A DNA stretch of 32,204 nucleotides from assembly GCA_963847445.1 (NCBI GenBank), contig CAWJZV010000038.1:1-32204 (forward strand), written 5' to 3'. The stretch is from an uncultured delta proteobacterium. Lineage in GTDB: Bacteria; Desulfobacterota; Binatia; UBA9968. The notes beneath the pieces were generated by a model, which ran no database searches, was not told where the DNA came from, and was given only the letters and a program-made list of their open reading frames with translations. Of this stretch, positions 9,638-19,454 are shown piece by piece. The first letter of the stretch is position 1. Each line of letters opens with the position of its first letter. A program made the position numbers and the translations under genes.

Positions 9638-11855
9638 ATGGCTAAGCGCGAGTTCAAATTCGTCGGGCACAGTGTCAAGCGCGTCGACGGTGTCGAGAAA
9701 GTCACCGGCGCGGCGAAATTTGTCGGTGATATCACCGTTCCTGGAATGCTTTATGGGAAAATCTTGCGCAGCACTTTTCCCCATGCGCGGATCCGCTCGA
9801 TTGACGCCTCGCAAGCCGAGGCGCTGCCCGGTGTCATCGCGGTGCTGACGGCGGCGGATATCGCCGATCTGAACCCGATCTATAACGGCCGGCCGGTGAT
9901 CGCCATCAATAAGGTGCGCTATGTTGGCGAGCCGGTGGCGGCGGTGGCGGCGGTGGACATTGCAATTGCCGAGGAAGCGCTGGCGTTGATTGACGTCGAC
10001 TACGAGGAGCTGCCGACGGTGGCCGGCATCGAAGCCGCAATCAAATCGGGCGCGCCGTTGGTGCACGAAGATAAAACCAGCAACATCGGCACCCATGAGA
10101 AGGTCAATCGCGGCGATGCCGACGAAGGCTTCGCGCAGTCGGACATCATCGCCGAGGACAACTTCACTTTCCCGATGGTCTATCACTATGCCATGGAGCC
10201 GCACTCGGCGATCGCGCACTATGATGTCAACGACGAGATCACCGTCTGGTCGTGCGCGCAGCATCCGTTTCAAGTGCGCGGCGATATTGCCAAAGTATTC
10301 AAAGTGCCGACGGCCAAGGTACGCTTGATTATCAACTACCTGGGCGGAGGCTACGGCAGCAAGTCGTACACTAAGTTCGAGCCGCTCGTCGTGGCGCTGG
10401 CACGCAAGGCCAAACAGCCGGTGCGGATTTGCAATTCCGTCGGCGAGTCGATGGTCACGGTGCGCCGTCACGGCGCGCGGGTGCGGATCAAGACCGGAGT
10501 GAAAAACGACGGCACGATCATGGCGCGGGAGGCGGAGATTTATCTCGACACCGGCGGCTACGACGATAATGGGCCGCAGGTGACGGCGCGCTCGGCGACG
10601 CGCATTCTCGGCCCCTATTGGATTCCCAACATCCGCACCAACGCCTATCAGGTCTATACCAACACCGGCTCGGCGGGCTCCTACCGCGCCATCGGCGCGC
10701 CGCAGGTAATCTTCGCCGGGCGAGTCGCAAATCGAAATACTTGCCGCCAGGCTGGGCATGGACCCGGCCGAGTTGCGGGCCAAGAACTTGCTCAAGAAAG
10801 GCCAAGAGCTGCGCCCTGGATTGAAGGGGATCGACGCCAATCTGTCAGCGAGCTTGAAAACCTTGGTGCGCGCAAGTCACTGGAAGCGATCGCGCAAGCA
10901 CAAAAACAGCGCGGTTGGCATGGGCTGCGCCATCACCAACGCCGGCGCGACGCCGGTGTCGGTGGCGATGATTCGCATGCAGTCCGACGGCGTCGCCAAT
11001 ATCGCCGCCGGCAGCACCGAGATGGGCCAGGGCGTGCGCACGACCTTGACGCAGATCGCCGCCGAGGAGTTGACGCTGCCGATGGAGCAGTTTCGCATGC
11101 TCGGCGCCGATACCAAGGTTACGCCTTACGATAGCTCGACCGGATCGAGTCGTTCGACGACGCTTATGGGCACGGCGGTACAGAAAGCGGCACGCGATTT
11201 GCGCCGGCAATTTATCCAAATCGCCGCCCAGACCATGGGTGTGAAGCCGAAACAGATTCAAGTCATCGACGGTGCGCTGGTGTGCGGCGAGTCGCGGCTG
11301 TCGTTCAAAGAAGCGTTCGAGAAACGTTTCGGCAAAGGCTCGGGCGGCGAGATGATCGGCCGCGGCGAAGCCGGCCCGGACATCACCGACAATCAACTGC
11401 CGGTGTTCTGGGAAGTCGGCATGGGTAGCGCCGAGGTCGATATCGACCGCGAGACCGGCGCAGTGAAATTGACAAAGTTCATTTCCGTCGCCGATGTCGG
11501 CAAAGCGATTCACCCCGAGCATTGCGTCGCCCAGGAAGAGGGCGCGGCGATGCAGGGCATCGGTCATACGTTCTTCGAGCAGTTGATCTACGACAATGGA
11601 CAATTGCTCAATCCGAATCTGGTCGACTACCGCATTCCATCTTTCTCCGATGTGCCGGAAGAGTTTCACACTGAACTTGTCGAAAACGGCGACGGTCCCG
11701 GACCCTTCGGCGTGCGCGGCATGGCCGAAGGCGGCATTCTCTCGGTCGCGCCGTCGGTGTGCAACGCCATCGACCGGGCCACCGGCGTGCGCATTCGCGA
11801 TTTGCCGCTGACGCCGGAACGAGTCTGGCGTGCGCTCAAAGACGCCGGCAAATGA
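9638..11855 (+). CDS. Xanthine-dehydrogenase-family molybdopterin-binding (large) subunit, frameshift ~10719
   Basis: VGHSVKRVDGVEKVTG, KVRYVGEPVAAV, HYAMEPH, YLGGGYGSK, SYRAIGAPQ, EMGQG, ST.SSRST, QGIGH..FE, GPGPFGVRGMAE; ORFs 9626..11134 and 10758..11855 join by deleting one G (FAG-ESQ). Confidence 0.92.
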
Positions 11856-11866
11856 TCAAGAAAAGG

Positions 11867-11930
11867 TTCACCACGAAGGGCACGAAGTTCGCGAGGATGA
11901 TTTGTCCGAACCCTTGGCGTCCTTGGTGAA
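11867..11930. repeat. Intergenic CACCACGAAG..CACGAAG / CTTGG..GGTG imperfect palindrome
   Basis: TTCACCACGAAGGGCACGAAG ... CTTGGCGTCCTTGGTGAA: 9-nt-period internal repeat and inverted ends. Confidence 0.5.
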
Positions 11931-11971
11931 TCTCGAAGATCAGAACGGAATTTATCCTTGAGGACCAAGCC

Positions 11972-12478
11972 ATGACCACTTCGACGGGCATTGCGGATTT
12001 TACCATTAAGCCGGCTACCAAGAAGGATGTGCCGGTGATGCTTTCGTTTATCAATAAACTTGCGGACTACGAGCGCTTATCCCACGAGGTGGTCGCGACC
12101 GAGGAACTGTTGCAGCGCACCCTGTTCGGCCAGCGGCGCACTGCGGAAGTGGCGATCGGTTATTGCAATAACGAGCCGGTGGGTTTCGTGCTGTTCTTTC
12201 ACAATTTCTCGACCTTTCTCGGCCGGCCGGGGATTTACATCGAGGATCTGTTTGTCGAGGAAGCTTATCGGCGCCGCGGCTTCGGCGGCGCGTTGCTGGC
12301 TCACGTCGCTAAGCTGGCGGTGGCGCGCGATTGCGGCCGGCTCGAGTGGTCGGTGTTGGACTGGAATGAGCCCGCGGTGAATTTTTACCAAAAGCTCGGT
12401 GCCATGCCGATGAACGAGTGGACGGTGTTTCGCGTCACTGGAGAGAAACTCAATCAGCTCGCCGCGCGCCAGGGTTAA
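11972..12478 (+). CDS. GNAT N-acetyltransferase (spermidine/diamine acetyltransferase-like)
   Basis: LADYERLSHEV, GFVLFFHNFSTFLGRPGIYIEDLFV..YRRRGFG, CGRLEWSVLDWNEPAVNFY; GAGGA RBS. Confidence 0.92.
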   Translation: MTTSTGIADFTIKPATKKDVPVMLSFINKLADYERLSHEVVATEELLQRTLFGQRRTAEVAIGYCNNEPVGFVLFFHNFSTFLGRPGIYIEDLFVEEAYRRRGFGGALLAHVAKLAVARDCGRLEWSVLDWNEPAVNFYQKLGAMPMNEWTVFRVTGEKLNQLAARQG

Positions 12479-12498
12479 GCCCGGCCGCGTTCTATGTC

Positions 12499-13159
12499 CT
12501 AATCGCCGGAATAGGGAATCTCGATCTCGATGCGCGTCCCTTGGCCTGGGGCGGTTTGGAGGTCGAGGGTGCCGCCGAGTTTTACAATCCGTTCTTTCAT
12601 GCCTTTGAGTCCGTAGTGGTTGCTGCCTTCGGTGTCGGCGGCGATGAAGCCGACGCCGTTGTCGCTCAGCGTCGCTCGATAGGCGGACTGACTACGCGCC
12701 AGTGATAAATGGATCTCCGACGCGCGCGCGTGGCGTACGGCGTTGAGCACACCTTCGCGCAAGGCGAAGTAGAGTTCCTTTTCGATGGCGATCGGCAGGT
12801 CATGGGCGTCGACCGCGCAATGCAAGTCGATTTGTAAGCCGTTGCGCGCGCTAAAAATACTGAGCTCTTCCTTGAGCCGGCGCTCCAACGAGCCGGCCTG
12901 CAATTGTTCCGGGGTTTGATTCTCGGCGAGGATATTGCGGATTTCCGTAATCGCGTGGTCGAGGTTATCTTCGATGACCCGGAGTTCTTTTTCCAGAGCC
13001 GCGGTCGCTGTTCTGATGGTAGTGGCAGTTCTCAAGGCGCAAACGGGCACTGGTGAGTAGCTGTAAGGCGCGGTCGTGGAGCTCGCGGGATAGCCTTAGG
13101 CGCTCTTCCACGATCGCTGCGGCAACGGCGTCTTTCTTTTCCGCGTCTTTTGACTTCAT
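12499..13159 (-). CDS. Histidine kinase (HisKA_3 + HATPase_c) without a sensor domain, frameshift ~13020
   Basis: H-box EERLRLSRELHDRALQLL; N-box REGVLNAVRHA; G1 DNGVGF; G2 HYGLKGMKER..GGTL..PGQGTRI. Confidence 0.85.
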
Positions 13160-13219
13160 GTTGGACTGTGCTTCGTGCTCCAACAGCCATCAGTTTGGCA
13201 AACTGTATTCAGATACCCC

Positions 13220-13933
13220 TCACGCGCCCAGATGGCGGCGCAAAAACGCCAGCGTGCGCGGCCAGGCGGCGGCTTCGGCGTCGGCGCGAAAGCTCTCTTT
13301 CGTGTTGTCCATGAACGCATGGCCGGCGCCGGAATAGGCGTAGAACTCATGGGTTTTGTTATGCTTGGCCAGCTCGGCGGCGAGATTCTGGCGGTCTTCG
13401 GGCGAGGGGTTTTTGTCGTCGTCGCCGAAGTGGCCTTGGATCGGGCAATGTATATCCGCGCTGCGCTCGAAGGGAGTCGGAATGTCACGGCCCCAGGCAC
13501 GGCCGGTGTTGCCCGGATAAAAGGTTACAGCCGCTTTGAAGGCCGGGTTGGTTGCCGCCAGCAGATAGACGACTCGGCCGCCCATACAAAAGCCGATGAC
13601 ACCGATCCGTTTGCCATCGACGGCGCTGTCGCGTTGGAGGTAGCTGACCGTGGCCTCGACATCGTTCATGACGCGCCGGTCGCCCAGCCGCTGGCTGCGG
13701 CTGCGTGGGTCGTCTTGGCAGTCCGGACCGTCGCGATGATACAGGCTCGGCACCGCGGCGACGTAACCGGCGCCGGCGAGTCTTTGCGCCATCCCCTGTA
13801 TGAATTCGTCGACGCCGGTCTGATGGTGAATGACGACCAGAGCGGGAAAGGGGCCGGCCCCGTCGGGTACGCTCACATAGAGCGGCATCGGATTGTTGTC
13901 GGATTCGGACCGTTGCCAAGTGGAAGCTACCAT
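13220..13933 (-). CDS. Dienelactone hydrolase family protein
   Basis: GPFPALVVIH, GFCMGG nucleophile elbow, GHFGDDD, YSGAGHAF, AAAWPRTLAFL; GAGGA RBS before ATG 13933. Confidence 0.92.
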   Translation of the reverse strand: MVASTWQRSESDNNPMPLYVSVPDGAGPFPALVVIHHQTGVDEFIQGMAQRLAGAGYVAAVPSLYHRDGPDCQDDPRSRSQRLGDRRVMNDVEATVSYLQRDSAVDGKRIGVIGFCMGGRVVYLLAATNPAFKAAVTFYPGNTGRAWGRDIPTPFERSADIHCPIQGHFGDDDKNPSPEDRQNLAAELAKHNKTHEFYAYSGAGHAFMDNTKESFRADAEAAAWPRTLAFLRRHLGA

Positions 13934-14010
13934 GATTCGGTTCCTCGAAATTAGTTGCCGTGTAACGTAGCCAGGGCGTGGAGTCAAGCTACCATCGCGT
14001 GCCTGAGTTG

Positions 14011-14735
14011 TTAATCGAGATGGTCGAGAATTTGCCGCAGGCTTTGGACGCGATCCGGCGGCGCGGCACCGGCAGCGAGATCGCGATCGACTAAAAGCAC
14101 GCGTACGCCGGCGTTTCGCGCCCCTTGCAGATCGTTGGTCTCGCTGTCGCCGATATGGAGCGCTTGCCCTGGGGTCAAGCCAAATCTCGTCAGAGCGAGG
14201 TCGAAGATTCTCGGCTTGCGGCTTGGCATAGCCAACCGCGCTGGAGACAAAGATATGTTCGAAGCTCGCGCCGACATTGAGCCCGTCGAGTATCCGCACC
14301 AGACGTGAATCGAAGTTGGAAATCACCGCGAGGATCAAGCCGCGCTGTTTGAGCGCCGCCAGGGTCTCGATCGACTTCCGGATAAAGCAGCCAGGCGTCG
14401 GCACGGGCGAAGTAGGCGAACAGTTCGTCGAAGAAGTCATCGAATGCCGCGAACTCACCCCAGGGTTCGAAGACTTGCGCCACCAGCTGCCTCCACCATT
14501 GGCGTTCAAGCGGCTCGATCTCTGCTGCGGCGGCTCCGGGAAAGGCGAGTGGCGGCGCGCCGTCGAAGCAAATGCGAAAACGCTCGAACAGTTCCGCCGG
14601 CGTCACCGCCATGCCGTACTTGGCGGCAATCGCGGCATAGCTTTCGCCGACGCGGCGCGCCGGCTTGATCAGCGTGCCTGCGGCATCGAAGAAAACCGCT
14701 TTGATCCTCGCATCGCTCGGAATCTCAGATGGCAT
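14011..14735 (-). CDS. HAD-superfamily hydrolase (HAD-IA/REG-2-like), frameshifts ~14372 and ~14215
   Basis: FFDAAGTL (motif I), AVISNFDSRL (II), GYAKP (III), HIGDSETNDLQGA (IV). Confidence 0.88.
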
Positions 14736-14818
14736 ATTGCAAATTTAAAATAGCGGATTGCAGATTTCAATTTTTTAAACGGTTGCTGTCGGGCAAGGCT
14801 GTATGACGCAAAGCTCGA

Positions 14819-14846
14819 TTGCATGGACCGTACCATCCTTTATAAT
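14819..14846 (+). promoter_or_regulatory. sigma70-like promoter of pncA (near-leaderless)
   Basis: TTGCAT-16bp-TATAAT, ending 8 nt before ATG 14855; no SD sequence. Confidence 0.5.
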
Positions 14847-14854
14847 CGAAATCG

Positions 14855-15446
14855 ATGGAGAAAAAGGCCGCTTTAGTCATTGTCGACGTGCAGAACGATT
14901 TTTGTCCGGGCGGGTCGCTCGCCGTGGCGGAAGGCGATCGGGTCGCTTTAGCGATCAATCGTTACGTCGAGCGTTTTGCCGCGGCGGGAGCGCCGATCTT
15001 CGCCACCCGCGACTGGCATCCGGCGCAGACGAGCCATTTCAAAGACTTCGGCGGCATCTGGCCGGTACACTGCGTGCAGAACACGCCCGGCGCTGAGTTC
15101 CATCCGTCGCTCCGGCTTGGCGCCGGCGCGATGGTCGTTTCCAAGGGGACGGCGGCTGATGTCGATAGTTACTCGGGCTTCGACGCGTTCGATGCCCAGG
15201 GTACCGCCTTGGCTGCGCTGTTGCGCGAGCGCGGCGTCGAGCAAATTTTCGTCGGCGGCTTGGCGACCGATTACTGTGTCAAACAGACGGTGCTCGACGG
15301 TGTCAAGCATGGCTTCGCTGTAGTCGTTGTTAATGGACGCGATTCGCGGCGTGGATCTGGCTCCCGGTGATTCGACGCGGGCGCTGGAAGAAATGCACCA
15401 TGCCGGGGCGCGGGCCATTGGCGGCATTGAAGAGCTCGGTTTCTAA
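14855..15446 (+). CDS. pncA: Nicotinamidase/pyrazinamidase, frameshift ~15333
   Basis: VDVQNDFCPGGSLAV, TRDWHP, WPVHCVQ, KG..DSYSGF, GLATDYCV; C-terminus DAIRGVD..ALEEM..AGA..LGF* in the shifted frame. Confidence 0.92.
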
Positions 15447-15523
15447 TTGATTCGCCGGACCATTTGCCGCCATGCCAGTTGTAGTGTTTAATTACTCCGT
15501 TTGCCTGGGTTGAAAGGATACCT

Positions 15524-16328
15524 GTGACCACTGATTTTCAATTTAGCCAAGAGCTCGGCACCGCTGAGCAAGCGGCGCGGGATGCCGGCGCCGCGATCAT
15601 GGCGCTGTTTCGCGGCAAGTACGATGTCCATGAAAAGAGTAAAAACAATCCGGTGACCACGGCGGACCTCGAAGCCAACCGGATCATCCACGAGCGTATC
15701 GCCGAGACCTTTCCCAATGACGGCTGGCTGTCTGAGGAAGATGCCGATAGCGAGCGCCGTTTGGCGCTGTCGCGGGTCTGGGTCGTCGATCCCATCGACG
15801 GCACCAAGGAGTTTATCGAAGGGGTGCCCCAGTTCGCGATCTCCATCGGCTTCGTCGTCGACGGCGTGGCGCAGGCGGCGGTGGTGTACAACCCGGCGCA
15901 AGAGGAATTTTTCAAAGCGTGCGGCCGGCCATGGTGCGTACTTGAACGATAATGCGATCCGCGTCACCGAGCGTACGGCGATCGACGGCGCGCGGCTTTT
16001 GGTGAGCCGCTCCGAGCCGGCGAAAAAATTTCAAGTGTTCGTCGACCGCTGCGCCATCGAGCCGGTGGGCAGCATCGCCTACCGCCTGGCGAAAGTGGCC
16101 GGCGGCGACGGCGATGGCACGCTGACCTTCCGTTCGATCCACGAGTGGGATATCTGCGCCGGCGTCTTGATGGTCGAAGCGGCGGGCGGCAAGGTGGTCG
16201 ACGGCGATGGCCATGCGATGCGTTTCAATCGCCTGCCGGCCAAACATCGCGGCGTAGTGGCCGCCGGCGCGGCGCTTACATCAGGGTTGCAGGGCCTATG
16301 GGCCACGGCGATGAACGACAAAAAATAG
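15524..16328 (+). CDS. cysQ: 3'(2'),5'-bisphosphate nucleotidase CysQ / inositol monophosphatase family, frameshift ~15918
   Basis: PVTTADLEAN, WLSEE, WVVDPIDGTKEF, VSRSE, GSIAYRLA, EWDICAG. Confidence 0.85.
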
Positions 16329-16354
16329 CTTTATTCGCGAGTGAAATAATTGCC

Positions 16355-16678
16355 ATGCGTCAATGTGTCTATTGCGGCGAGCGTGCCGGACTGTTTGGGA
16401 GAATCTGTAGCGAGTGCAAAAAGCTGCTCGCCCGGGTCGATGAACTGCGCGGCAAAGTAGGCTTCGGTCAATTCCTCGACGGTTTGGCTGAGACCGGCAT
16501 CGCCAAGGAAAAGATTCTAAGATTTCTCGATGCCGATCCCGACGGCAAGGGCAGCGTGCGGGATCAGGTGACCGCCGAGATGACCAGCGAGTTGATGAAA
16601 GTCATGGGTATCGCCGGACGCCAGACCGCCCCGGAGGTCAAGCGGATTCGCAATAGCGTCAACAAAGAGTCCGACTAG
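16355..16678 (+). CDS. Hypothetical protein with N-terminal CxxC-x10-CxxC zinc ribbon
   Basis: MRQCVYCGERAGLFGRICSECKKL..; 107 aa, co-oriented with neighbours. Confidence 0.7.
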   Translation: MRQCVYCGERAGLFGRICSECKKLLARVDELRGKVGFGQFLDGLAETGIAKEKILRFLDADPDGKGSVRDQVTAEMTSELMKVMGIAGRQTAPEVKRIRNSVNKESD

Positions 16679-16698
16679 TCCTTGCGGTAATCTCGTCC

Positions 16699-17181
16699 AT
16701 GGCCATAACGATTTATCTGTCGCTGATTTTTCTCGTGGTCTATTTGATCGGTCTTGGCGATCCGGCGCTGGATTTTCGTACGCGACCGCAAATCGCATGG
16801 CGGCGCGAGAGCCGCAGCGGCGGCCGGGTGGTTGCGCGGGTCGACGAGGTGCAACCGGGTGCGGTCAAAAAATTCTGGCTGATCTGCCAGAAATACCGGC
16901 TCGACGCGATTCTGATCAACGATCGCGGCAACTATTATGCCTATGTCAACCGTTGCCGCCATATGCCGACGCCGTTGGATTTCGTCCGCGACGAGTTTTT
17001 CAGCGACGACGGCCGCTATTTGCAATGCTATACTCATGGCGCGCTCTATGAGTTCGCCAGCGGCGTCTGTGTCTCGGGTCCCTGCAAGGGCGAGTCGCTC
17101 TATCGCTTGCCGGTGCAAGTGGATCGCGGCGAAGTGTTGGTCGGCTGTCCCGAGGGCGATTTGAGACCGATGGGAGAATAG
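16699..17181 (+). CDS. Rieske [2Fe-2S] protein with N-terminal hydrophobic anchor
   Basis: CRH-x18-CYTH ligands, extra CVSGPC; N-terminal AITIYLSLIFLVVYLIGLG. Confidence 0.85.
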   Translation: MAITIYLSLIFLVVYLIGLGDPALDFRTRPQIAWRRESRSGGRVVARVDEVQPGAVKKFWLICQKYRLDAILINDRGNYYAYVNRCRHMPTPLDFVRDEFFSDDGRYLQCYTHGALYEFASGVCVSGPCKGESLYRLPVQVDRGEVLVGCPEGDLRPMGE

Positions 17182-17196
17182 GATAGGAGATCAGCT

Positions 17197-17568
17197 ATGG
17201 CTGGACAGAAACAACCGTCGGGTAAACTGGTCGGATCGGTGGGCGAACTGGAGCATGGCAAGAGCAAGAAGTTCACCATGAAGCGCGCTGGGCGCGAGTT
17301 CGAAGCGCTGCTGGTCAACTTCGACGGCACTCACTTCGCGTATGTCAACCGCTGCCCGCACACCGGCATCACCCTCGATTGGGTCAACAATCAATTTTTT
17401 AGCTCGGACAACCGTTATCTCATGTGCGCCACCCATGGCGCGGTTTTTCAGCCGCCCACCGGCGAATGCATCTGGGGCCCCTGTGTTGGACTGTCGCTGC
17501 AAAGCTTGCCGATCGAAATCTCCGACGGGCAGATCTATGCGAAATTGCCCGGCGCGGCCGACGAGTAA
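17197..17568 (+). CDS. Rieske [2Fe-2S] ferredoxin (soluble)
   Basis: CPH-x18-CATH ligands, extra CIWGPC; AGGAG RBS. Confidence 0.9.
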   Translation: MAGQKQPSGKLVGSVGELEHGKSKKFTMKRAGREFEALLVNFDGTHFAYVNRCPHTGITLDWVNNQFFSSDNRYLMCATHGAVFQPPTGECIWGPCVGLSLQSLPIEISDGQIYAKLPGAADE

Positions 17569-17570
17569 AA

Positions 17571-17681
17571 AAGCTGCTTTGACACTCGATGAAAGAGGGG
17601 TTTCGCCGCAGAGGCACTGAGATCGCAGCGCTCGGAGTGTCCCTTCATCGAAAAAGAGCTTTACTTTGAGCCTCTGCGGTG
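17571..17681. repeat. Nested intergenic inverted repeats (CGCCGCAGAGGC / GCCTCTGCGGTG type)
   Basis: CGCCGCAGAGGC 17604-17615 vs GCCTCTGCGGTG 17670-17681; also TCGATGAA/TTCATCGA and GACACTC/GAGTGTC pairs. Confidence 0.5.
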
Positions 17682-17738
17682 TGCCTTCCGGATATTCGAG
17701 CGTTTCGCGTCAAGTGAAATAGTTTCAAGGAGTTTTTG

Positions 17739-18083
17739 ATGAGCGATTGCCTGTTCTGCGGCATTGTTGACGGCAAAATCAAGGCTAATTTAGTCTATCA
17801 AGATGAAGCAGTGCTGGCGTTCAAAGACATCGCCCCGAAGGCGCCGGTGCACATCCTTATCATTCCGCGCAAGCATATCGTCAGCGTGCTCGACATCGGC
17901 GCCAACGACGGTGACGTGATCGGCCAGATCTTTCAGGTGGCCGGCCGTCTGGCGCGCGAGCAGGGGATCGCCGAGAGCGGCTTTCGCGTGGTGGTCAATT
18001 CCGGCGCCGATGCCGGTCAAAGCGTGCTTCATCTTCATTACCATCTACTCGGCGGGCGGCAGATGACCTGGCCGCCGGGCTAG
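17739..18083 (+). CDS. hinT: Histidine triad nucleotide-binding protein (HINT)
   Basis: CLFCGI, AFKDIAPKAPVHILIIP, AGQSVLHLHYHLLGGR..WPPG; AAGGAG RBS. Confidence 0.93.
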   Translation: MSDCLFCGIVDGKIKANLVYQDEAVLAFKDIAPKAPVHILIIPRKHIVSVLDIGANDGDVIGQIFQVAGRLAREQGIAESGFRVVVNSGADAGQSVLHLHYHLLGGRQMTWPPG

Positions 18084-18119
18084 CACCGGCGCAATGACCG
18101 AACAACGATTAGGGGAACT

Positions 18120-19380
18120 ATGGCGACTCTAGAATGGCGCAGTGAAACCAACGAGATGGCGGTGCAACAGTTCGATGTCGCCGCCAAGAAACTCGGCGTC
18201 GATCCCAACCTGGCGAGCCGCTTATGCCGGCCCGACCGGGCAATGATCGTCAGCGTGCCGACGCGCATGGACGATGGCACGGTCCACGTGTTTACCGGCT
18301 ATCGCGTGCAGCACAACGATGTGCTGGGACCGTTCAAAGGCGGCATCCGCTACCATCCGGCGGTGAATCTCGGCGAGGTCTCGGCCCTCGCCATGTGGAT
18401 GACCTGGAAATGTTCCCTGGTCGGCTTGCCGCTCGGCGGCGCCAAGGGCGGCATCGCCTGCGATCCGGCGGAACTATCGCGCCACGAGCTGCAGTCGATG
18501 ACCCGGCGCTTCACCGCGGAGATCCTGAACTTCATCGGCCCGGAAGTGGATATACCTGCGCCGGACATGGGTACCAACGAGCAAGTTATGGCTTGGATGA
18601 TGGATACCTATTCTCAGCATAAAGGCCACGCCGTGCCGGAGATCGTTACCGGCAAGCCGGTGGCCATCGGCGGCACTCTCGGCCGGCGCGAAGCGACCGG
18701 CCGGGGCGTGGTGTATACGATCATCGAGGCGGCCAAGCACTTAAATATCGATTTGGCAAAATGCACGGCGGTGGTGCAGGGCTTTGGCAATGTCGGCTCG
18801 GTGGCGGCTGAAGAGCTCACCAATATCGGCGTCAAAGTCATCGGCATCGCCGACCGCACCGGCGGCTTTGTCGATACCAAGGGTTTGCCGGTGGATAAGT
18901 TGCTGCAGGTCGCCAGCAAGAACCATAGTCTCGAAGGTTGCCCCTACGGCGACAAGATCAGCAACGCGGAGCTTTTAGAACTACCGTGCGACATCTTGGT
19001 TCCCGCCGCGATGGAGATGCAGATCACCAAAGACAATGCCGCGCGCATTCAGTGCCGGCTGTTGGCCGAAGGCGCCAACGGTCCGACGACGCCGGAAGCC
19101 GACGCGATCCTGCGCGACAAAGGGATTTTCGTGATTCCGGATATTCTCGCCAACGCCGGCGGGGTGGTCGTGTCTTACTTTGAGTGGGTGCAGGACTTGC
19201 AGAATTTTTTCTGGACCGAGGACGAGGTCACCAAGAAATTGCGCGATATTCTCGTCAAGGCTTTTCACGAGGTGCTGGACATGAGCCAGAAGCAAAAGGT
19301 CGACATGCGCATGGCCGCGCTCATGATCGGCATCGAACGGGTGACCAAGAGCGATGCTCTGGCGCGGACTCTACGCATAG
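18120..19380 (+). CDS. gdhA: Glu/Leu/Phe/Val dehydrogenase (glutamate dehydrogenase)
   Basis: GPFKGGIRYHP, MTWKC, GGAKGG, DIPAPD, GRREATGRG, VQGFGNVG, EGANGP, ANAGGVVVSYFEWVQ. An extra base ~19350 moves the likely end KAMLWRGLYA* (TAG 19378-80) to 19397. Confidence 0.92.
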
Positions 19381-19454
19381 CGGTTCGCCTGCATTGAAGC
19401 GCCGGCGAGAAACTGTTAACAACTTTACACTCTCGATAGGAAGGTATTGAAGAA

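Noticed and set aside
7826-11669. Long antisense ORFs (7826..8635 +, 9614..10840 -, 10845..11669 -) and similar shadows elsewhere
   Set aside because: They mirror well-supported genes on the opposite strand, as expected in high-GC DNA, and have no motifs of their own.
9638-11855. Aerobic CO dehydrogenase (coxL)
   Set aside because: Lacks the AYxCSFR (form I) and AYRGAGR (form II) signatures, and there are no coxM/S genes.
13220-14509. 429-aa ORF suggesting a HAD-dienelactone hydrolase fusion
   Set aside because: Produced by frameshifts in the HAD gene; the hydrolase has its own RBS and ATG at 13933 and the HAD ends at 14011.
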